Positions 1-13,506 of a stretch of DNA of 64,000 nt are shown here, piece after piece (position 1 is the stretch's first letter; the number at the start of each line of letters is the position of its first letter). The stretch lies in assembly GCA_013289145.1 (NCBI GenBank), contig JABDAM010000001.1:4466-68465 (forward strand), read 5' to 3'. The stretch is from Alphaproteobacteria bacterium. GTDB taxonomy: Bacteria > Pseudomonadota > Alphaproteobacteria > UBA11073. The notes beneath the pieces are model-generated. The model saw only the letters and a program-made list of their open reading frames with translations, ran no database searches and was not told the DNA's origin. The position numbers and the translations under genes are program-made.

Positions 1-783
1 GGCGGTGTTGGTTTATCAACGGCCATGGCGGTGTTGAAAAGCGGCCACGTGATTGTCGGTTCGACGCCCAGCACCGATGGCACCACGGCGACCAAGGGCG
101 CGGGATGTTTGATCGTTCTGGATTCAAACGGTCAGGTTGTCAGCACGATCGCGGGCAAGAATATCAACGACCCATGGGGTAACATGGCGGTGATCGACCA
201 CGGCGACAGCGCGACATTGTTCGTCAGCAACACAGGATTTGGCGTCGGCGCACCCGCCGCGCCGGATCCGGTGGTGAATAAGGCGACGATTTTGCGCATT
301 GAACTGTCCACCGCGGGTAAAACACCTGTCGTGAAAAGCCAGACGATGATCGCAAGCGGTTTGAGCGAGCAAGCGGCGAAAGACGTTTTCATTATTGGTC
401 CGACCGGCCTTGCGCTCAGCGCGGATCACAAAACGCTTTATGCGTCGGATGCGATCAATAACCGCGTCGTGGCGATTGATAATCCGACAACACTCACTGG
501 CCCCGGTAACCTGCGCGAAGTGACGAAGGAAGGTTTCCTGCACCGTCCGCTCGCGATGGTGATGGCGCCGAATGGCAATTTGCTGGTGACCAACGGTAAA
601 AACGGTCAGGTGGTGGAAATCAATCCGGCGTCCGGAAAGCAAATCGCCGCGCAGTGGCTGAATGCCGACAAAGCACAGGTTCCACCCGGCAGCGGCAATC
701 TGTTCGGTATCGCCATGAAGCCAACCGGCGACGGTTTTTATTACGTTGAGGATGACACGAACAACCTGTCTGTGTCAGAATAG
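1..783 (+). CDS. Beta-propeller (YVTN/NHL-like) repeat protein, probably periplasmic. The ORF is open to the window edge, so it is 5'-partial.
   Basis: Repeated L-x-V-x-N-x-G-x-V blades. There is no in-frame stop between nt 1 and the first Met at 25. A 3-nt gap separates it from the downstream Dyp peroxidase gene. Confidence 0.5.
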   Translation, partial: GGVGLSTAMAVLKSGHVIVGSTPSTDGTTATKGAGCLIVLDSNGQVVSTIAGKNINDPWGNMAVIDHGDSATLFVSNTGFGVGAPAAPDPVVNKATILRIELSTAGKTPVVKSQTMIASGLSEQAAKDVFIIGPTGLALSADHKTLYASDAINNRVVAIDNPTTLTGPGNLREVTKEGFLHRPLAMVMAPNGNLLVTNGKNGQVVEINPASGKQIAAQWLNADKAQVPPGSGNLFGIAMKPTGDGFYYVEDDTNNLSVSE

Positions 784-786
784 GGC

Positions 787-2025
787 ATGGCATGCCCCTT
801 TAAAGGTCTGACGGATATCACCCGCCGCAATTTCTTCACGGCGGCGGGCGGAGTCGGTTTGGCCGCGGTGGCGGGTGCGGGGCTGGGGTTCGGCCTCGGT
901 CCTGCCGCGCGTTTGTTTGAACGCAATCCGCGCGGTGCGGAAAAATTTTACGGCGCGCATCAGGCGGGCATCGTAACGCCGCAGCAATCGCATAGCTATT
1001 TTGCGGCGTTTGATTTGACAACGGACAAGCGCGATGAAGTCGTTTCATTATTGAAAGATTGGACGGAAGCCGCCGCCCAAATGACGCAGGGTAAATCAGT
1101 CGCAGGCGACGGCGGTGACGCGCGCGGCCTGCTGCCTTCACGTCTGACGGCGACATTCGGTTTCGGCGCGGGATTGTTTTCCAAAGATGGCAGTGATCGT
1201 TATGGTTTGGCCGCGCGCCGTCCGGCGACGTTCGTTGATTTGCCAAAATTCGCGGGCGATCAATTGATCATGGAAAAATCCGGCGGTGATTTATCGGTGC
1301 AAGCCTGCGCGAACGATCCCCAGGTCGCCTTCCACGCCATCCGCCAATTCGCACGCATCGCGGGCGAGCGCGCCCACATCCGCTGGGCGCAGACCGGATT
1401 TTTGTCGGGCGGCAATGATGGCGAAACGCCGCGTAACCTGATGGGTTTCAAAGACGGCACGCAGCAGCCCAAAGACCACGATAAATTCGTCTGGGTGGGC
1501 AATGAAGGGCCGGATTGGATGCAGGGCGGCACATACCTGGTCGCGCGGCGCATCCGCATCGCGCTGGAACATTGGGATTCCATGGATGTTGCGGCGCAGG
1601 AAGAAATCATCGGGCGTAAAAAAATCTCCGGCGCACCCCTGACCGGCCGCAATGAGTTCGACGCACTGGATTTAAATGCGACGGATAAAGACGGCAATTA
1701 TATCATCCCCGAAAACGCGCACGTTCGCCTCGGCAACGCTGCCGCAAACGGCGGCGCGGAGATTTTGCGGCGCGGTTATTCTTATAACGACGGCGTGAAT
1801 TTCATCGCCGAACGCTGGCCGCCCTGGCGCCAGAGGATTGAATATGATGCGGGGCTGCATTTCATTTCCTATCAGCGCGATCCGAAAACCTTCATCAAAA
1901 TGTTCGACCGCATGGCGAAACAGGATGCGCTCAACCAGTTCACCACCCACAACGGCAGCGCCATTTTCGCCTGCCCCGGCGGCGCGCGCGCGGGTGAGTT
2001 TATTGGCCAAAGATTATTTGTCTGA
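787..2025 (+). CDS. efeB: Tat-exported Dyp-type heme peroxidase (EfeB/YcdB-like)
   Basis: Twin-arginine signal TRRNFFTAAGG at the N-terminus. Dyp signature GFKDGTQQP. Length about 410 aa. Confidence 0.8.
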   Translation: MACPFKGLTDITRRNFFTAAGGVGLAAVAGAGLGFGLGPAARLFERNPRGAEKFYGAHQAGIVTPQQSHSYFAAFDLTTDKRDEVVSLLKDWTEAAAQMTQGKSVAGDGGDARGLLPSRLTATFGFGAGLFSKDGSDRYGLAARRPATFVDLPKFAGDQLIMEKSGGDLSVQACANDPQVAFHAIRQFARIAGERAHIRWAQTGFLSGGNDGETPRNLMGFKDGTQQPKDHDKFVWVGNEGPDWMQGGTYLVARRIRIALEHWDSMDVAAQEEIIGRKKISGAPLTGRNEFDALDLNATDKDGNYIIPENAHVRLGNAAANGGAEILRRGYSYNDGVNFIAERWPPWRQRIEYDAGLHFISYQRDPKTFIKMFDRMAKQDALNQFTTHNGSAIFACPGGARAGEFIGQRLFV

Positions 2026-3540
2026 TCACGCCGCGCGGCGTCCGGATTCCTGATAAGCCCCAAACAAGTTTAACCATTCACGCGTGCGCGCTTCGGGGTT
2101 TGCATTTTGCGATACATCTGAAATCACCGCGATGCCCGTCGCCCCCGCTCCTAAAACCTCTCGCGCATTTTCCAAGGTGATACCGCCAATGGCAACCAAT
2201 TGCCCATTCAGCATCCGGCGCCAATTGCACAATGTATCCAAACCTTGCGCGCCGAAACGCAAAACCTTGCTGCTAGTCTGAAAAATCGGCCCGAGCGCAT
2301 GATAAGATGGCTGGCACGCAACCGCACGTGCAAGCTCGGCATATGAATGCGTGCTGAGGCCAAGGCGCAAACCGCTTTTGACAATAGCCGCGATGTCGGC
2401 TGCTTCGATATCTTCCTGCCCTAAATGGATGCCGTATGCTTTGTGTTTGATCGCGATTTCCCAATGATCGTTGATGAACAAACGGCAGTTATATTCCCGC
2501 CCGACCGCAATTGCGGCGCGGATTTCATTTTCTAATTCCGCGCCAGTTTTATCCTTGATACGCAGCTGCGCCGTCGTGACGCCAAGCGGCAATAACCGCC
2601 GCAACCAATCCGCGCTATCCGCTAGCGGATAAAACCCCAGCGGTGTGTCGCCGCAATCAGGGAAATGCGCGCGGTTTCGCCCCGCCACCGCATCTGCCGT
2701 CAGCCACGGAAAATCATCCGCCGTGCATGGCAAGGGTTGATAAGTTAAAATCGGCGCGTCCTGGCCGAGCGGCTGCGACAGGCGCGTGAATTGATTGACG
2801 CTTGCCTTTGCCATCACGACCGCATCTTCTTCGGAATAACTTAGTGCATGCGCCGCCGCGATGGCGGAAGCAAAACTGCAACCCGTCCCGCGCGCATCAG
2901 TGTTGCGGCGGCGCGGCGATGTCAGCCAGAAACTTTGCGCCGCTGACTGATAAAAATCCTGTACAAAACCATTACCGTTATTCCAGCCTTTTATGATCAC
3001 TGCGCGCGTGCCAAGCAGGCAAATAAGCATCGCTGCTTTGACCACGTCTTTGTCGTTGGCGATTTTTACACCCGATAAAGCTTCCGCTTCCCGCACATTA
3101 GGCGTCAACAAATTTGTTAGCGGCAATAAATGCTCCTTCATTAGCGCAACAACATCGTCGCCAATCAAAGCGCGTCCGGAGGAAGCAATCATCACAGGAT
3201 CGCACACCACATAACTGTTCAAATTCTTTAAATTCTCCGCTAGCGCGCGCACGCTGTCCGCGTTACCGAGCATCCCAATTTTAATCGCACGCGGCGGCAT
3301 GTCGGATTTCAGCGCGTTAATCTGCGCCTCCAGCATCTGCGCGGAAACGGATTCAACCGCTGTCACCGCGCCTGTATTCTGCGCCGTCAACGCCGCGATC
3401 ACCGTACAGCCGTGCACACCCATCGCGGCAAACGTTTTCAAATCTGCCTGGATTCCTGCGCCGCCGCAGCTGTCCGATCCCGCAATCGTCCAAACAATAG
3501 GCCGCTGTTCTGGCGCGCGCGGAGCGTAAATTTCAATCAC
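2026..3540 (-). CDS. thiDE: Bifunctional hydroxymethylpyrimidine/phosphomethylpyrimidine kinase (ThiD) fused to thiamine-phosphate synthase (ThiE)
   Basis: The N-terminus ([20 protein letters not shown]) is typical of ThiD. The C-terminal about 210 aa are ThiE-like (GIHLGQEDI...LGLSTHS). There is a 4-nt overlap with thiG. Confidence 0.85.
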   Translation of the reverse strand: MIEIYAPRAPEQRPIVWTIAGSDSCGGAGIQADLKTFAAMGVHGCTVIAALTAQNTGAVTAVESVSAQMLEAQINALKSDMPPRAIKIGMLGNADSVRALAENLKNLNSYVVCDPVMIASSGRALIGDDVVALMKEHLLPLTNLLTPNVREAEALSGVKIANDKDVVKAAMLICLLGTRAVIIKGWNNGNGFVQDFYQSAAQSFWLTSPRRRNTDARGTGCSFASAIAAAHALSYSEEDAVVMAKASVNQFTRLSQPLGQDAPILTYQPLPCTADDFPWLTADAVAGRNRAHFPDCGDTPLGFYPLADSADWLRRLLPLGVTTAQLRIKDKTGAELENEIRAAIAVGREYNCRLFINDHWEIAIKHKAYGIHLGQEDIEAADIAAIVKSGLRLGLSTHSYAELARAVACQPSYHALGPIFQTSSKVLRFGAQGLDTLCNWRRMLNGQLVAIGGITLENAREVLGAGATGIAVISDVSQNANPEARTREWLNLFGAYQESGRRAA

Positions 3541-4319
3541 GCGCGTTTCTCCTCTTTCCAGAATGGCGTGCCAAGCGTTGGTGTTGAAGGCTCTGCAAAA
3601 TCACGCCGCGGCATCAGGCCTGCTTCGTATCCCATACGCCCAGCTTCAATCGCGCGCGCGAAAGCCTGCGCCATTTTGGGCGCATCATCGGCCAAAGCAA
3701 TTGCAGTGTTCAGCATCACGGCATCATATCCCATTTCCATTACCTGCGCGGCATGGGAAGGGGCGCCAATTCCGGCGTCGATAATCAGTGTCGTTTCCGG
3801 AAAACGCGCGCGCAAAGTTTTCAGCGCCTGCGCATTCGCAATCCCCTGCCCCGATCCAATCGGCGCGGCCCAGGGCATTAAAATTTTACATCCCGCTGCA
3901 ACCAGGCGTTCGGCCACCACCAAATCTTCAGTTGTATAAGGAAAAACTTCGAACCCATCGGCGATCAAAATCCGCGCGGCTTCGACCAATGCAAAAGGAT
4001 CCGGCGCCAACGTATATTCATCGCCGACCGTCTCCAATTTAATCCAGTTGGTTTTGAAAACTTCGCGCGCCATGTGGGCCGTGGTGATGGCTTCCTGCAC
4101 GCTGCGGCAATTGGCGGTGTTGGGCAGAAAGGCGATATTCATTTCGCGCAGCAAATCCCAGAATTTATTGCCATCACCGGCGGCCTGGCGGCGCAGTGAA
4201 ACCGTGACGATTTCAATCCCCGAACGCGTAATGGCTTCGCGCAGATTTTCCGGCGAACGATACCGCGACGTGCCGAGAACCAACCGGCTGGAAAAATTTT
4301 TACCGCCCAATTGCCACAT
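3537..4319 (-). CDS. thiG: Thiazole synthase ThiG
   Basis: 260 aa with a ThiG-like sequence (IVTVSLRR...KLETVGDE...). Sits in thi operon context. Confidence 0.9.
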   Translation of the reverse strand: MWQLGGKNFSSRLVLGTSRYRSPENLREAITRSGIEIVTVSLRRQAAGDGNKFWDLLREMNIAFLPNTANCRSVQEAITTAHMAREVFKTNWIKLETVGDEYTLAPDPFALVEAARILIADGFEVFPYTTEDLVVAERLVAAGCKILMPWAAPIGSGQGIANAQALKTLRARFPETTLIIDAGIGAPSHAAQVMEMGYDAVMLNTAIALADDAPKMAQAFARAIEAGRMGYEAGLMPRRDFAEPSTPTLGTPFWKEEKRA

Positions 4320-4320
4320 G

Positions 4321-4514
4321 TCAGCCTCCCTGCATCGGCATTAGAATTTCGATTTCATCGTTTTCCGCGATGGCGGTTGCATCATATTGATTACGCGGCA
4401 CACACGTCAGATTTTTCGCAACGGCAAAATAATCGCCTTCGTATCCCAATATTTTTGTTACATCCGCAATCGTGGCGGCATTTATCTCTTTCGCTTCGCC
4501 GTTGATGATGATTT

Positions 4515-4518
<4 letters not shown>
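4321..4518 (-). CDS. thiS: Sulfur-carrier protein ThiS
   Basis: MKIIINGE...MPMQGG: about 65 aa ending in the Gly-Gly of a ThiS/MoaD fold. The ATG overlaps the thiO stop (ATGA). The ORF-track N-terminal extension to 4581 is judged an artefact. Confidence 0.8.
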
Positions 4519-7270
<2,752 letters not shown>

Positions 7271-7299
7271 TTACGTATCACAGGGAAGACAAGTCAGGC

Positions 7300-7410
7300 G
7301 CGATGCGGCAATGCCGCCGTCACACTCCCTCCGCTGGTACTAACCAGATCAGGTCTTGGGGTTAGGCGCCATGGCACCCTCTCAGCAATTGCACCCCCGG
7401 TGATGCCCTT
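7300..7410 (-). promoter_or_regulatory. TPP (THI-box) riboswitch in the thiC leader
   Basis: The minus-strand sequence reads ggggtgcaattgctgagagggtgcc...acctgatctggttagtaccagcggagggagtg. This matches the GGGGUGC / CUGAGA / ACCUGAUCUGG...CCAGCG.AGGGA THI-element core. A hairpin (gcggcattgccgc) lies downstream before the thiC RBS. Confidence 0.85.
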
Positions 7411-7422
7411 AAATAGGCCGTT

Positions 7423-8529
7423 TCAGGCGTAATGTCCAGCGGCTTGCATCGCCAGAATACCGCCTTTTAATGCGCGCGCACGGTATCCGTGTTTTTGTAA
7501 TTCCTCTGCCGCCTGGGCGCTGCGCTGACCGGAATGACAATAAACTATGACTTCTTGATTGATTGGAATTTCATGCAATCTTTGCGACAAAAGCGGCAAA
7601 GGAATTAAATACGCCCCGGAAATTTTATTAACCGCAAATTCATCCGGACTCCGGACGTCCAATAAAAAAGGCGCGCTGCTGGCTTGTATTTTATCCTGCA
7701 ATTCATTCGCGGTAATTTCCATTATCGCGCAAGCCTGAACAGGCATCATCAAATTTGTAATTGCCGGTTGGTTTCCGCATATAGCACAATCCTGATTTCG
7801 CGTTACTTTAATTTCCTTGAATTGTCCGGTCAGGCTGTTAACGCGCAAAATCCGATCGGCCAGAAGTTCGCCGATTTGCAAAATAATTTTCAGAATTTCT
7901 GTGGCTTGCAAAGTACCGATCATGCCAGGCACCGTGCCCATCACCCCGATTTCCGCACAAGACAGCGCAACGCCGGGTGGAGGTGGCGACGGATACAAAC
8001 AACGATAACAAGCAGTTTGGAGCGGCAAGACAGCGCCCACCTGCCCCGAAAAGCGCTCAACATTTCCCCAGACCAGCGGTTTGCGCGCCAATATCGCCGC
8101 ATCATTGATTAAATAATGCGCGGCAAAATTATCCGTGCCATCTAAAATAACATCGTAATCGTTAAAAATATCCAATACGTTATCGAATGATATTGCATTG
8201 TGATAACTTTTAATTTCTACATTTGAATTCGACGCTCGCAAACGTTGCGCGGCAATATCGACTTTATATTTCCCAACGTCATCAGTAGAATAAATCACTT
8301 GGCGCTGTAAATTGCTAAGCGATACTTGATCCGCATCGGCAAGGCCAATCGTGCCCACACCCGCCGCCGCCAAATACAATGCTGCGGGCGATCCCAGACC
8401 GCCAACGCCAACAATTAAAACTTTCGCCGCCTTTAATCGTTGCTGTCCCTCCGCGCCAATATCCGGCAAAATCATCTGGCGCGAATAACGATTTTTTTCC
8501 TCTGCGGATAAGGAAATATCAGACGGCAT
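7423..8529 (-). CDS. thiF: ThiF/MoeB-family E1-like adenylyltransferase with a C-terminal rhodanese domain
   Basis: RYSRQ...VLIVGVGGLGSP nucleotide-binding motif. The C-terminal rhodanese domain carries the active-site Cys in VIVYCHSGQRS. Confidence 0.8.
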   Translation of the reverse strand: MPSDISLSAEEKNRYSRQMILPDIGAEGQQRLKAAKVLIVGVGGLGSPAALYLAAAGVGTIGLADADQVSLSNLQRQVIYSTDDVGKYKVDIAAQRLRASNSNVEIKSYHNAISFDNVLDIFNDYDVILDGTDNFAAHYLINDAAILARKPLVWGNVERFSGQVGAVLPLQTACYRCLYPSPPPPGVALSCAEIGVMGTVPGMIGTLQATEILKIILQIGELLADRILRVNSLTGQFKEIKVTRNQDCAICGNQPAITNLMMPVQACAIMEITANELQDKIQASSAPFLLDVRSPDEFAVNKISGAYLIPLPLLSQRLHEIPINQEVIVYCHSGQRSAQAAEELQKHGYRARALKGGILAMQAAGHYA

Positions 8530-10888
8530 GTTTTAGCCCGCCTGAAAGTAAGTCCTGAATTGTCGAAAAGATTAATTGATGCTTGAATTTCGAATTCAAT
8601 AGGGCCTCTGCGCGCAATTCATCCAAACTGCGGTCGAAATGCTGTTCCAATCCCGCTTGCCCGCCCAGAATTTCCGCCATGGCTTCTAATGTCATCAGTG
8701 CGCAACCTGTATTGAAATGATCCCCTAAAATTGTTGTGCGCACAGACTGATGCGGATCAACGTTTCTTCCGACATGCGGCGCAATTGGAGACATAACACG
8801 CTTGAATTGCGCCGCCGGCCAGCGCCGCGCGGCAAATTGAATCAAAATATCCCGGCAAGCAGCAGGATCATTTGGAAATAAATTTTGAGCCGCGCGCATA
8901 TGTTGATAAACCTCAAGCGGAGACTCCCGGCGCACTAATAAATGCTCTTCCATAAAATCCGATTGGCGATAGGTAAAACCCAAATCATCCTCATCCGTTT
9001 GCCCGGCACGGGTTGTATCGGCTTTGCGCAGCTCAGCCGTCGGCGTTTCTAAATTAGTATAATGCAATGACGGCGCTGGCGCTGCGCCAATTAATCCGCG
9101 CTTTTCAAAATAAAGCAGCGATTCCGTAATAATGTTTTTGGGAATGCCGCCAATCGGATTTGCGCCACCTAAATGCATGTCGCCGCCCGCAGTCGTATAA
9201 CCCAACGCCGCTTCGGACTCATTCGATGTGGTCAGCGCTATTTTCCCCTCGCGCGCGGAAATGGCCCATGGTAGCGGCAAACGGACCCGCGCCTGCATAT
9301 TTTGCAGCAACAAATCATCGCGCGGATTCGCCCAATCAGGTGGCATAAATCCGAGGCCGTTAAATGCCGCCAGCGTCGTATCCCAAATTCCCTGCACGTC
9401 CGCGGCATGAAATTTACCGCCGATACCAGGCGTTTTCGCGTCGCCTTCAATCAAAAATCGCGCGGCGTGGCGCGTGCGATCCGAACTGTTTTCCGTTGAC
9501 ATATAAATGCAGGTCAATAGATGTTGTTTAATCGCGCATACGGCGGCAGCCTCGCCCTGTTCCGACAAAATTTTCAAAATATCATTTTCATAATTTAAAT
9601 CTTTAAAGCGTTCAAAAAATCCACGAATCCCATTTTCTGCGACATCTAAATCCACCATGGTGGTCACAGCCAGCGCGCCATAGGCGGAATCCTTGCCGCC
9701 CGACAATGAAATCACATACCCCTGACAGGCAAAGGTTTGTTTGCGTATATAATCGCGCAACCACAATGCGACAGAACGCAAATATTCTTCATAGCGCAAT
9801 TCGTCGGTAGAAATTATCCCCTCTTCATACGCCGCATCAAATAATGATTTCCCGCCAACTTTCGTCGCAGGTAGATTATCCGAAAATTCATGCGGCACTG
9901 TCTCACCGTCCGGCACACGCGCTGCCGACGGCACATCAACCGTAACGCTACTGTAAGAAATATCACCAAACGAATAACGTTGATTATGGTGAATAACTTT
10001 GCCGTTCTGGGCAAAAATCTGACCGCCTTCCGCTGCATAAAGGCCCGAAGCAGATCCCAGGCAATTTGTAAAAACATAAAGCCCGCAATATTCCGAACCC
10101 GTTTCACACAGACCTTTAATACGCAATAATTCCTTATTATTTGCGGGTTCAGGCTTGCTAGAGCTGGGATTCAAAATCACGCTCAAATCATATTTTTGCG
10201 ACAATCCAATAATAAATCGCGCTTCCTGTTGTTCGCGCGCGTTAACATTCGCGCTATCGAACAAACCCGGCCAAGCGTCCGCGCAAATTTCCTGCACTAA
10301 TGTCACGCATCGGCCATCCTCTGATAAAACCGTTACTGGTTTTCCAAACGGCGCACGCGAACCATCAGGCAATATAATCTCACGCACTCCCTGCGACGGT
10401 GGCCAACCGATAAAATGTCGCCGTTCATATTCCGCCGGGCCATTTGCCAATAACGACTTAGCCGTAATGGCAACGACGCGGCCCCGTGTGATCAGCCATT
10501 GCGTGTTATAAGGCAAATTTTCAATATTATATTCTGGATCATCAGCATGGCGCGTTTTATCCGCATAATGCCACGGCGCGCCAAACGAAATCACCAAATT
10601 TGGATTTTTTTCAAAGGCATGGTTTTTGATTTTCTGAATCGCCAGCCAAACCAGATCATTATTTTTATTCCACTGATGGTAATCATCAGCGGCATAACCG
10701 GTCAATGTCAATTCTTCCAGTGATAAAATATCGGCTTGATCCGCCACCGCGCGATCAATCGCAGCGCAAATATTTTTTACATTCACAGCGAAATCATAAA
10801 CCGTCTGATTCAGACTGGCTGAAGCAATACGCAAGCGAACAAGAGACGGATTTGCCATAACCATTAAATAGCCAGCTTTGGCGCACAA
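8519..10888 (-). CDS. nadE: Glutamine-dependent NAD+ synthetase (N-terminal CN-hydrolase domain plus NAD synthetase domain). The exact start is uncertain.
   Basis: PP-loop ISLSGGKDS motif in the C-terminal half, nitrilase-like N-terminal half. 789 aa is longer than typical. 11-nt overlap with thiF. Confidence 0.8.
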   Translation of the reverse strand: MCAKAGYLMVMANPSLVRLRIASASLNQTVYDFAVNVKNICAAIDRAVADQADILSLEELTLTGYAADDYHQWNKNNDLVWLAIQKIKNHAFEKNPNLVISFGAPWHYADKTRHADDPEYNIENLPYNTQWLITRGRVVAITAKSLLANGPAEYERRHFIGWPPSQGVREIILPDGSRAPFGKPVTVLSEDGRCVTLVQEICADAWPGLFDSANVNAREQQEARFIIGLSQKYDLSVILNPSSSKPEPANNKELLRIKGLCETGSEYCGLYVFTNCLGSASGLYAAEGGQIFAQNGKVIHHNQRYSFGDISYSSVTVDVPSAARVPDGETVPHEFSDNLPATKVGGKSLFDAAYEEGIISTDELRYEEYLRSVALWLRDYIRKQTFACQGYVISLSGGKDSAYGALAVTTMVDLDVAENGIRGFFERFKDLNYENDILKILSEQGEAAAVCAIKQHLLTCIYMSTENSSDRTRHAARFLIEGDAKTPGIGGKFHAADVQGIWDTTLAAFNGLGFMPPDWANPRDDLLLQNMQARVRLPLPWAISAREGKIALTTSNESEAALGYTTAGGDMHLGGANPIGGIPKNIITESLLYFEKRGLIGAAPAPSLHYTNLETPTAELRKADTTRAGQTDEDDLGFTYRQSDFMEEHLLVRRESPLEVYQHMRAAQNLFPNDPAACRDILIQFAARRWPAAQFKRVMSPIAPHVGRNVDPHQSVRTTILGDHFNTGCALMTLEAMAEILGGQAGLEQHFDRSLDELRAEALLNSKFKHQLIFSTIQDLLSGGLKHAV

Positions 10889-10900
10889 TGCCAGTGCTTA

Positions 10901-12142
10901 TCAAACCATAAAAGTGTCCGTTATGCCGCGTAGGCTGATTTGGCCCGTATAATTCCCAAATAAAATCCGGCCGGGCTGAGCGCAAAAATCTTGGCTGATT
11001 TTTTCATGCGCAATCGCCAGTTCCGGCGAATAGACTGGAATTGCCTGGGGCCAGCGATGTGTGACGATTTCAAGCGGCGGCTCGGACAAATTGAAAACTG
11101 CGGCGAATTCTGCCGTAATTAATTGCCGCAATTCCTGATCAGTCAAATTCAGAATTTCCGGATCGCGCGTGCCGCCCAGCATAACCGTATAGGAAGCAAC
11201 GCGCGATTCATCCCGCACGCGATGCGCGAAACTTGAAGAATTAAATAAAATTCCCATCATCCGGCGCGGCTCGTTCGCGACACATAGAATGCCCATACCC
11301 TTTGGCGGCCGATGCGATTGACGATCTAGAAAAACCGTCACTGAGATCATCGGCGCATAGCGAATGCCATGCAGCGCAGCCGAGGATGTTTTAAAATCAT
11401 TTTGCAGCAGCGATCCGGTGGCCCCGGCAGGCGTTGCAATAATCATATTGGGCGAATCCGGAAGATCGGAAATTTTTTCACTTAACCAAATCTGACCGTT
11501 TGATGACGATTGAATAAAATTGAATAACTTTTCCGTCAACGCCGCCATTCCCACGCGCGGGGCCATCACGCGCGCTTTATGTTTTCCGCGCGGCTGCATG
11601 AATGCATGAGGTAACAACGACCGCCCCGATGCCGGTAGCAAGCCTGGAAAAACCAATTGCGGCGAAAGTTCGTCCGGCTGGGCCGCATAAATCCCCTGCA
11701 TCATAGGATAAATTAAACGGTCCAATGCCGCTTGTCCTAAATGATGTAATGCCCAATCTTGTAGGTTATTATACTTCGGCTTCGCGGGGATAAAAGCCGC
11801 CCGCGCTGCGGCTGTAATAATTTCATTAAGCCGTAAAGGGAAAGTTGAAAACTTGCCATCATGCAAAATATATTTCTTATTCGCGCGCGCCGTGACAGTT
11901 TCGATTTCTAGTTCGGCAAATAGCTGATCCATTGCCAGGGAGGAACGGACGCTATGCGCCGCTGCTTCGGCAATACCGTATTCGGTTTGGGCGGTGTCGA
12001 TCAGGCCGCCTGCCCGCGCTGCGGCGTCATATAATTTTATCCGCCAGCCACGTTGCAGCAACCGGTACGCCGCCAGCAATCCGGAAAACCCCGCGCCGAT
12101 AATAACGCACTCCTTGTAATCTTCATTCAAACAGCCAAGCAT
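10901..12142 (-). CDS. hemY: FAD-dependent protoporphyrinogen oxidase (HemY-like)
   Basis: N-terminal dinucleotide fold VIIGAGFSGLLAAY. C-terminal HRWPQAIPVY resembles the HemY RWxxxxPQY motif. Sits in a heme-cluster context. TAATG overlap with hemN. Confidence 0.65.
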   Translation of the reverse strand: MLGCLNEDYKECVIIGAGFSGLLAAYRLLQRGWRIKLYDAAARAGGLIDTAQTEYGIAEAAAHSVRSSLAMDQLFAELEIETVTARANKKYILHDGKFSTFPLRLNEIITAAARAAFIPAKPKYNNLQDWALHHLGQAALDRLIYPMMQGIYAAQPDELSPQLVFPGLLPASGRSLLPHAFMQPRGKHKARVMAPRVGMAALTEKLFNFIQSSSNGQIWLSEKISDLPDSPNMIIATPAGATGSLLQNDFKTSSAALHGIRYAPMISVTVFLDRQSHRPPKGMGILCVANEPRRMMGILFNSSSFAHRVRDESRVASYTVMLGGTRDPEILNLTDQELRQLITAEFAAVFNLSEPPLEIVTHRWPQAIPVYSPELAIAHEKISQDFCAQPGRILFGNYTGQISLRGITDTFMV

Positions 12143-13506
12143 TAGGCGGTTTTGCTAAATATGGGTTTATCCATTTGCTGTCGTTGCAGCCGCGCATCAA
12201 AAGCCATACAAATATTCCGCAAAAATGGCCGCCCTTTTTCCGTCACTTTTAAATGCCCGGATGAAAACTGCACCAATCCATCGTTAACAAAGCCCACCAT
12301 CAATTTCGGAATTTGCGTTAAGCTATCGGTCCACGTTTCCTGATCAGACCATCGCGTTTCGAATTGCGTCATTAAATTTAAAATATGCTGGCGCAGAACT
12401 AAATCTTCCGCCGTCAAAACATGGCCGCGCATGATCGGCAACTCACCAGCATCAACGCGCGCGGTATAATTTTTAATATCTTTTTCATTTTGCATAAATG
12501 CCGTCCAAGCGTCGCCAATCGCCGAAACACCCAGGCCGATCATCGGCGAAACATGATGCGGCGTATAACCCATAAAATTGCGGAATAAAGTTTTCTTGTC
12601 CATCGCGACTGCCAGCTCATCATGCGGCAGAGCGAAATGATCCATGCCGATTTCAATATAACCCGCCGCCAGAAACATTTCCCGTCCGGCTTCATAAAGC
12701 GCGCGTTTAGCCGACCCCGCGGGCACATCCGCATCCGTGAATTTACGCTGGCCGGTCTGACCGACCCAAGGCACATGCGCATAAGAATAAAACGCAATGC
12801 GATCAGGCTTTTGCACAATCACCTTTTCGATCGTTTGCGTGATGCCCGCAATCGTCTGATGCGGCAGGCCGTAAACCAAATCAAAATTCACACCGCTGTA
12901 ACCAACCATACGCGCGGATTCCGTCAGCCGCCCAACCATTTCAACCGATTGCACACGGTTGATCATATCTTGCACGACGGGGTTATAATCCTGCACACCC
13001 AAACTGATACGGCGGAATCCCAAATCATATAAAACTTGTAATTGTTCATCCGTCGTCACGCGCGGATCGGTTTCAAAGGACAATTCCGCATCCGGTGTGA
13101 AATCCATATCGGCAAAAATACCTGACAATAAATCCCGCAATTCATCCGGCGACATAAACGTTGGCGTGCCGCCGCCCAAATGCACCTCGGCAACCGGAAT
13201 TTTTTGCATGCCAAGTTTTTCCAGATAAATCTTCCATTCGCGTTGCAGCGTTTCAATATATGGCCGCGCGCGGCCGTGATTTTTAGTCACAATCTTATTG
13301 CAGGCACAAAAAGTGCATAGCGATTCACAAAACGGCAAATGCATATAAATCGCCGCCCCACGATTTTTCTGAATGCTGCTTTCTAATTCCGCGCGCAGCG
13401 CCGCAATCCATTCACTTTCCGTCGGCGCGGTTTCCCAATAAGGCACGGTGGGATAACTGGTGTAACGCGGCCCGGCAACATCATATTTTTCGAATAGGTT
13501 CTTCAT
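12142..13506 (-). CDS. hemN: Oxygen-independent coproporphyrinogen III oxidase (radical SAM) HemN
   Basis: Canonical HemN N-terminus (YDVAGPRYTSYPT) and a CxxxCxxC radical-SAM cluster (CESLCTFCAC). Confidence 0.9.
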   Translation of the reverse strand: MKNLFEKYDVAGPRYTSYPTVPYWETAPTESEWIAALRAELESSIQKNRGAAIYMHLPFCESLCTFCACNKIVTKNHGRARPYIETLQREWKIYLEKLGMQKIPVAEVHLGGGTPTFMSPDELRDLLSGIFADMDFTPDAELSFETDPRVTTDEQLQVLYDLGFRRISLGVQDYNPVVQDMINRVQSVEMVGRLTESARMVGYSGVNFDLVYGLPHQTIAGITQTIEKVIVQKPDRIAFYSYAHVPWVGQTGQRKFTDADVPAGSAKRALYEAGREMFLAAGYIEIGMDHFALPHDELAVAMDKKTLFRNFMGYTPHHVSPMIGLGVSAIGDAWTAFMQNEKDIKNYTARVDAGELPIMRGHVLTAEDLVLRQHILNLMTQFETRWSDQETWTDSLTQIPKLMVGFVNDGLVQFSSGHLKVTEKGRPFLRNICMAFDARLQRQQMDKPIFSKTA

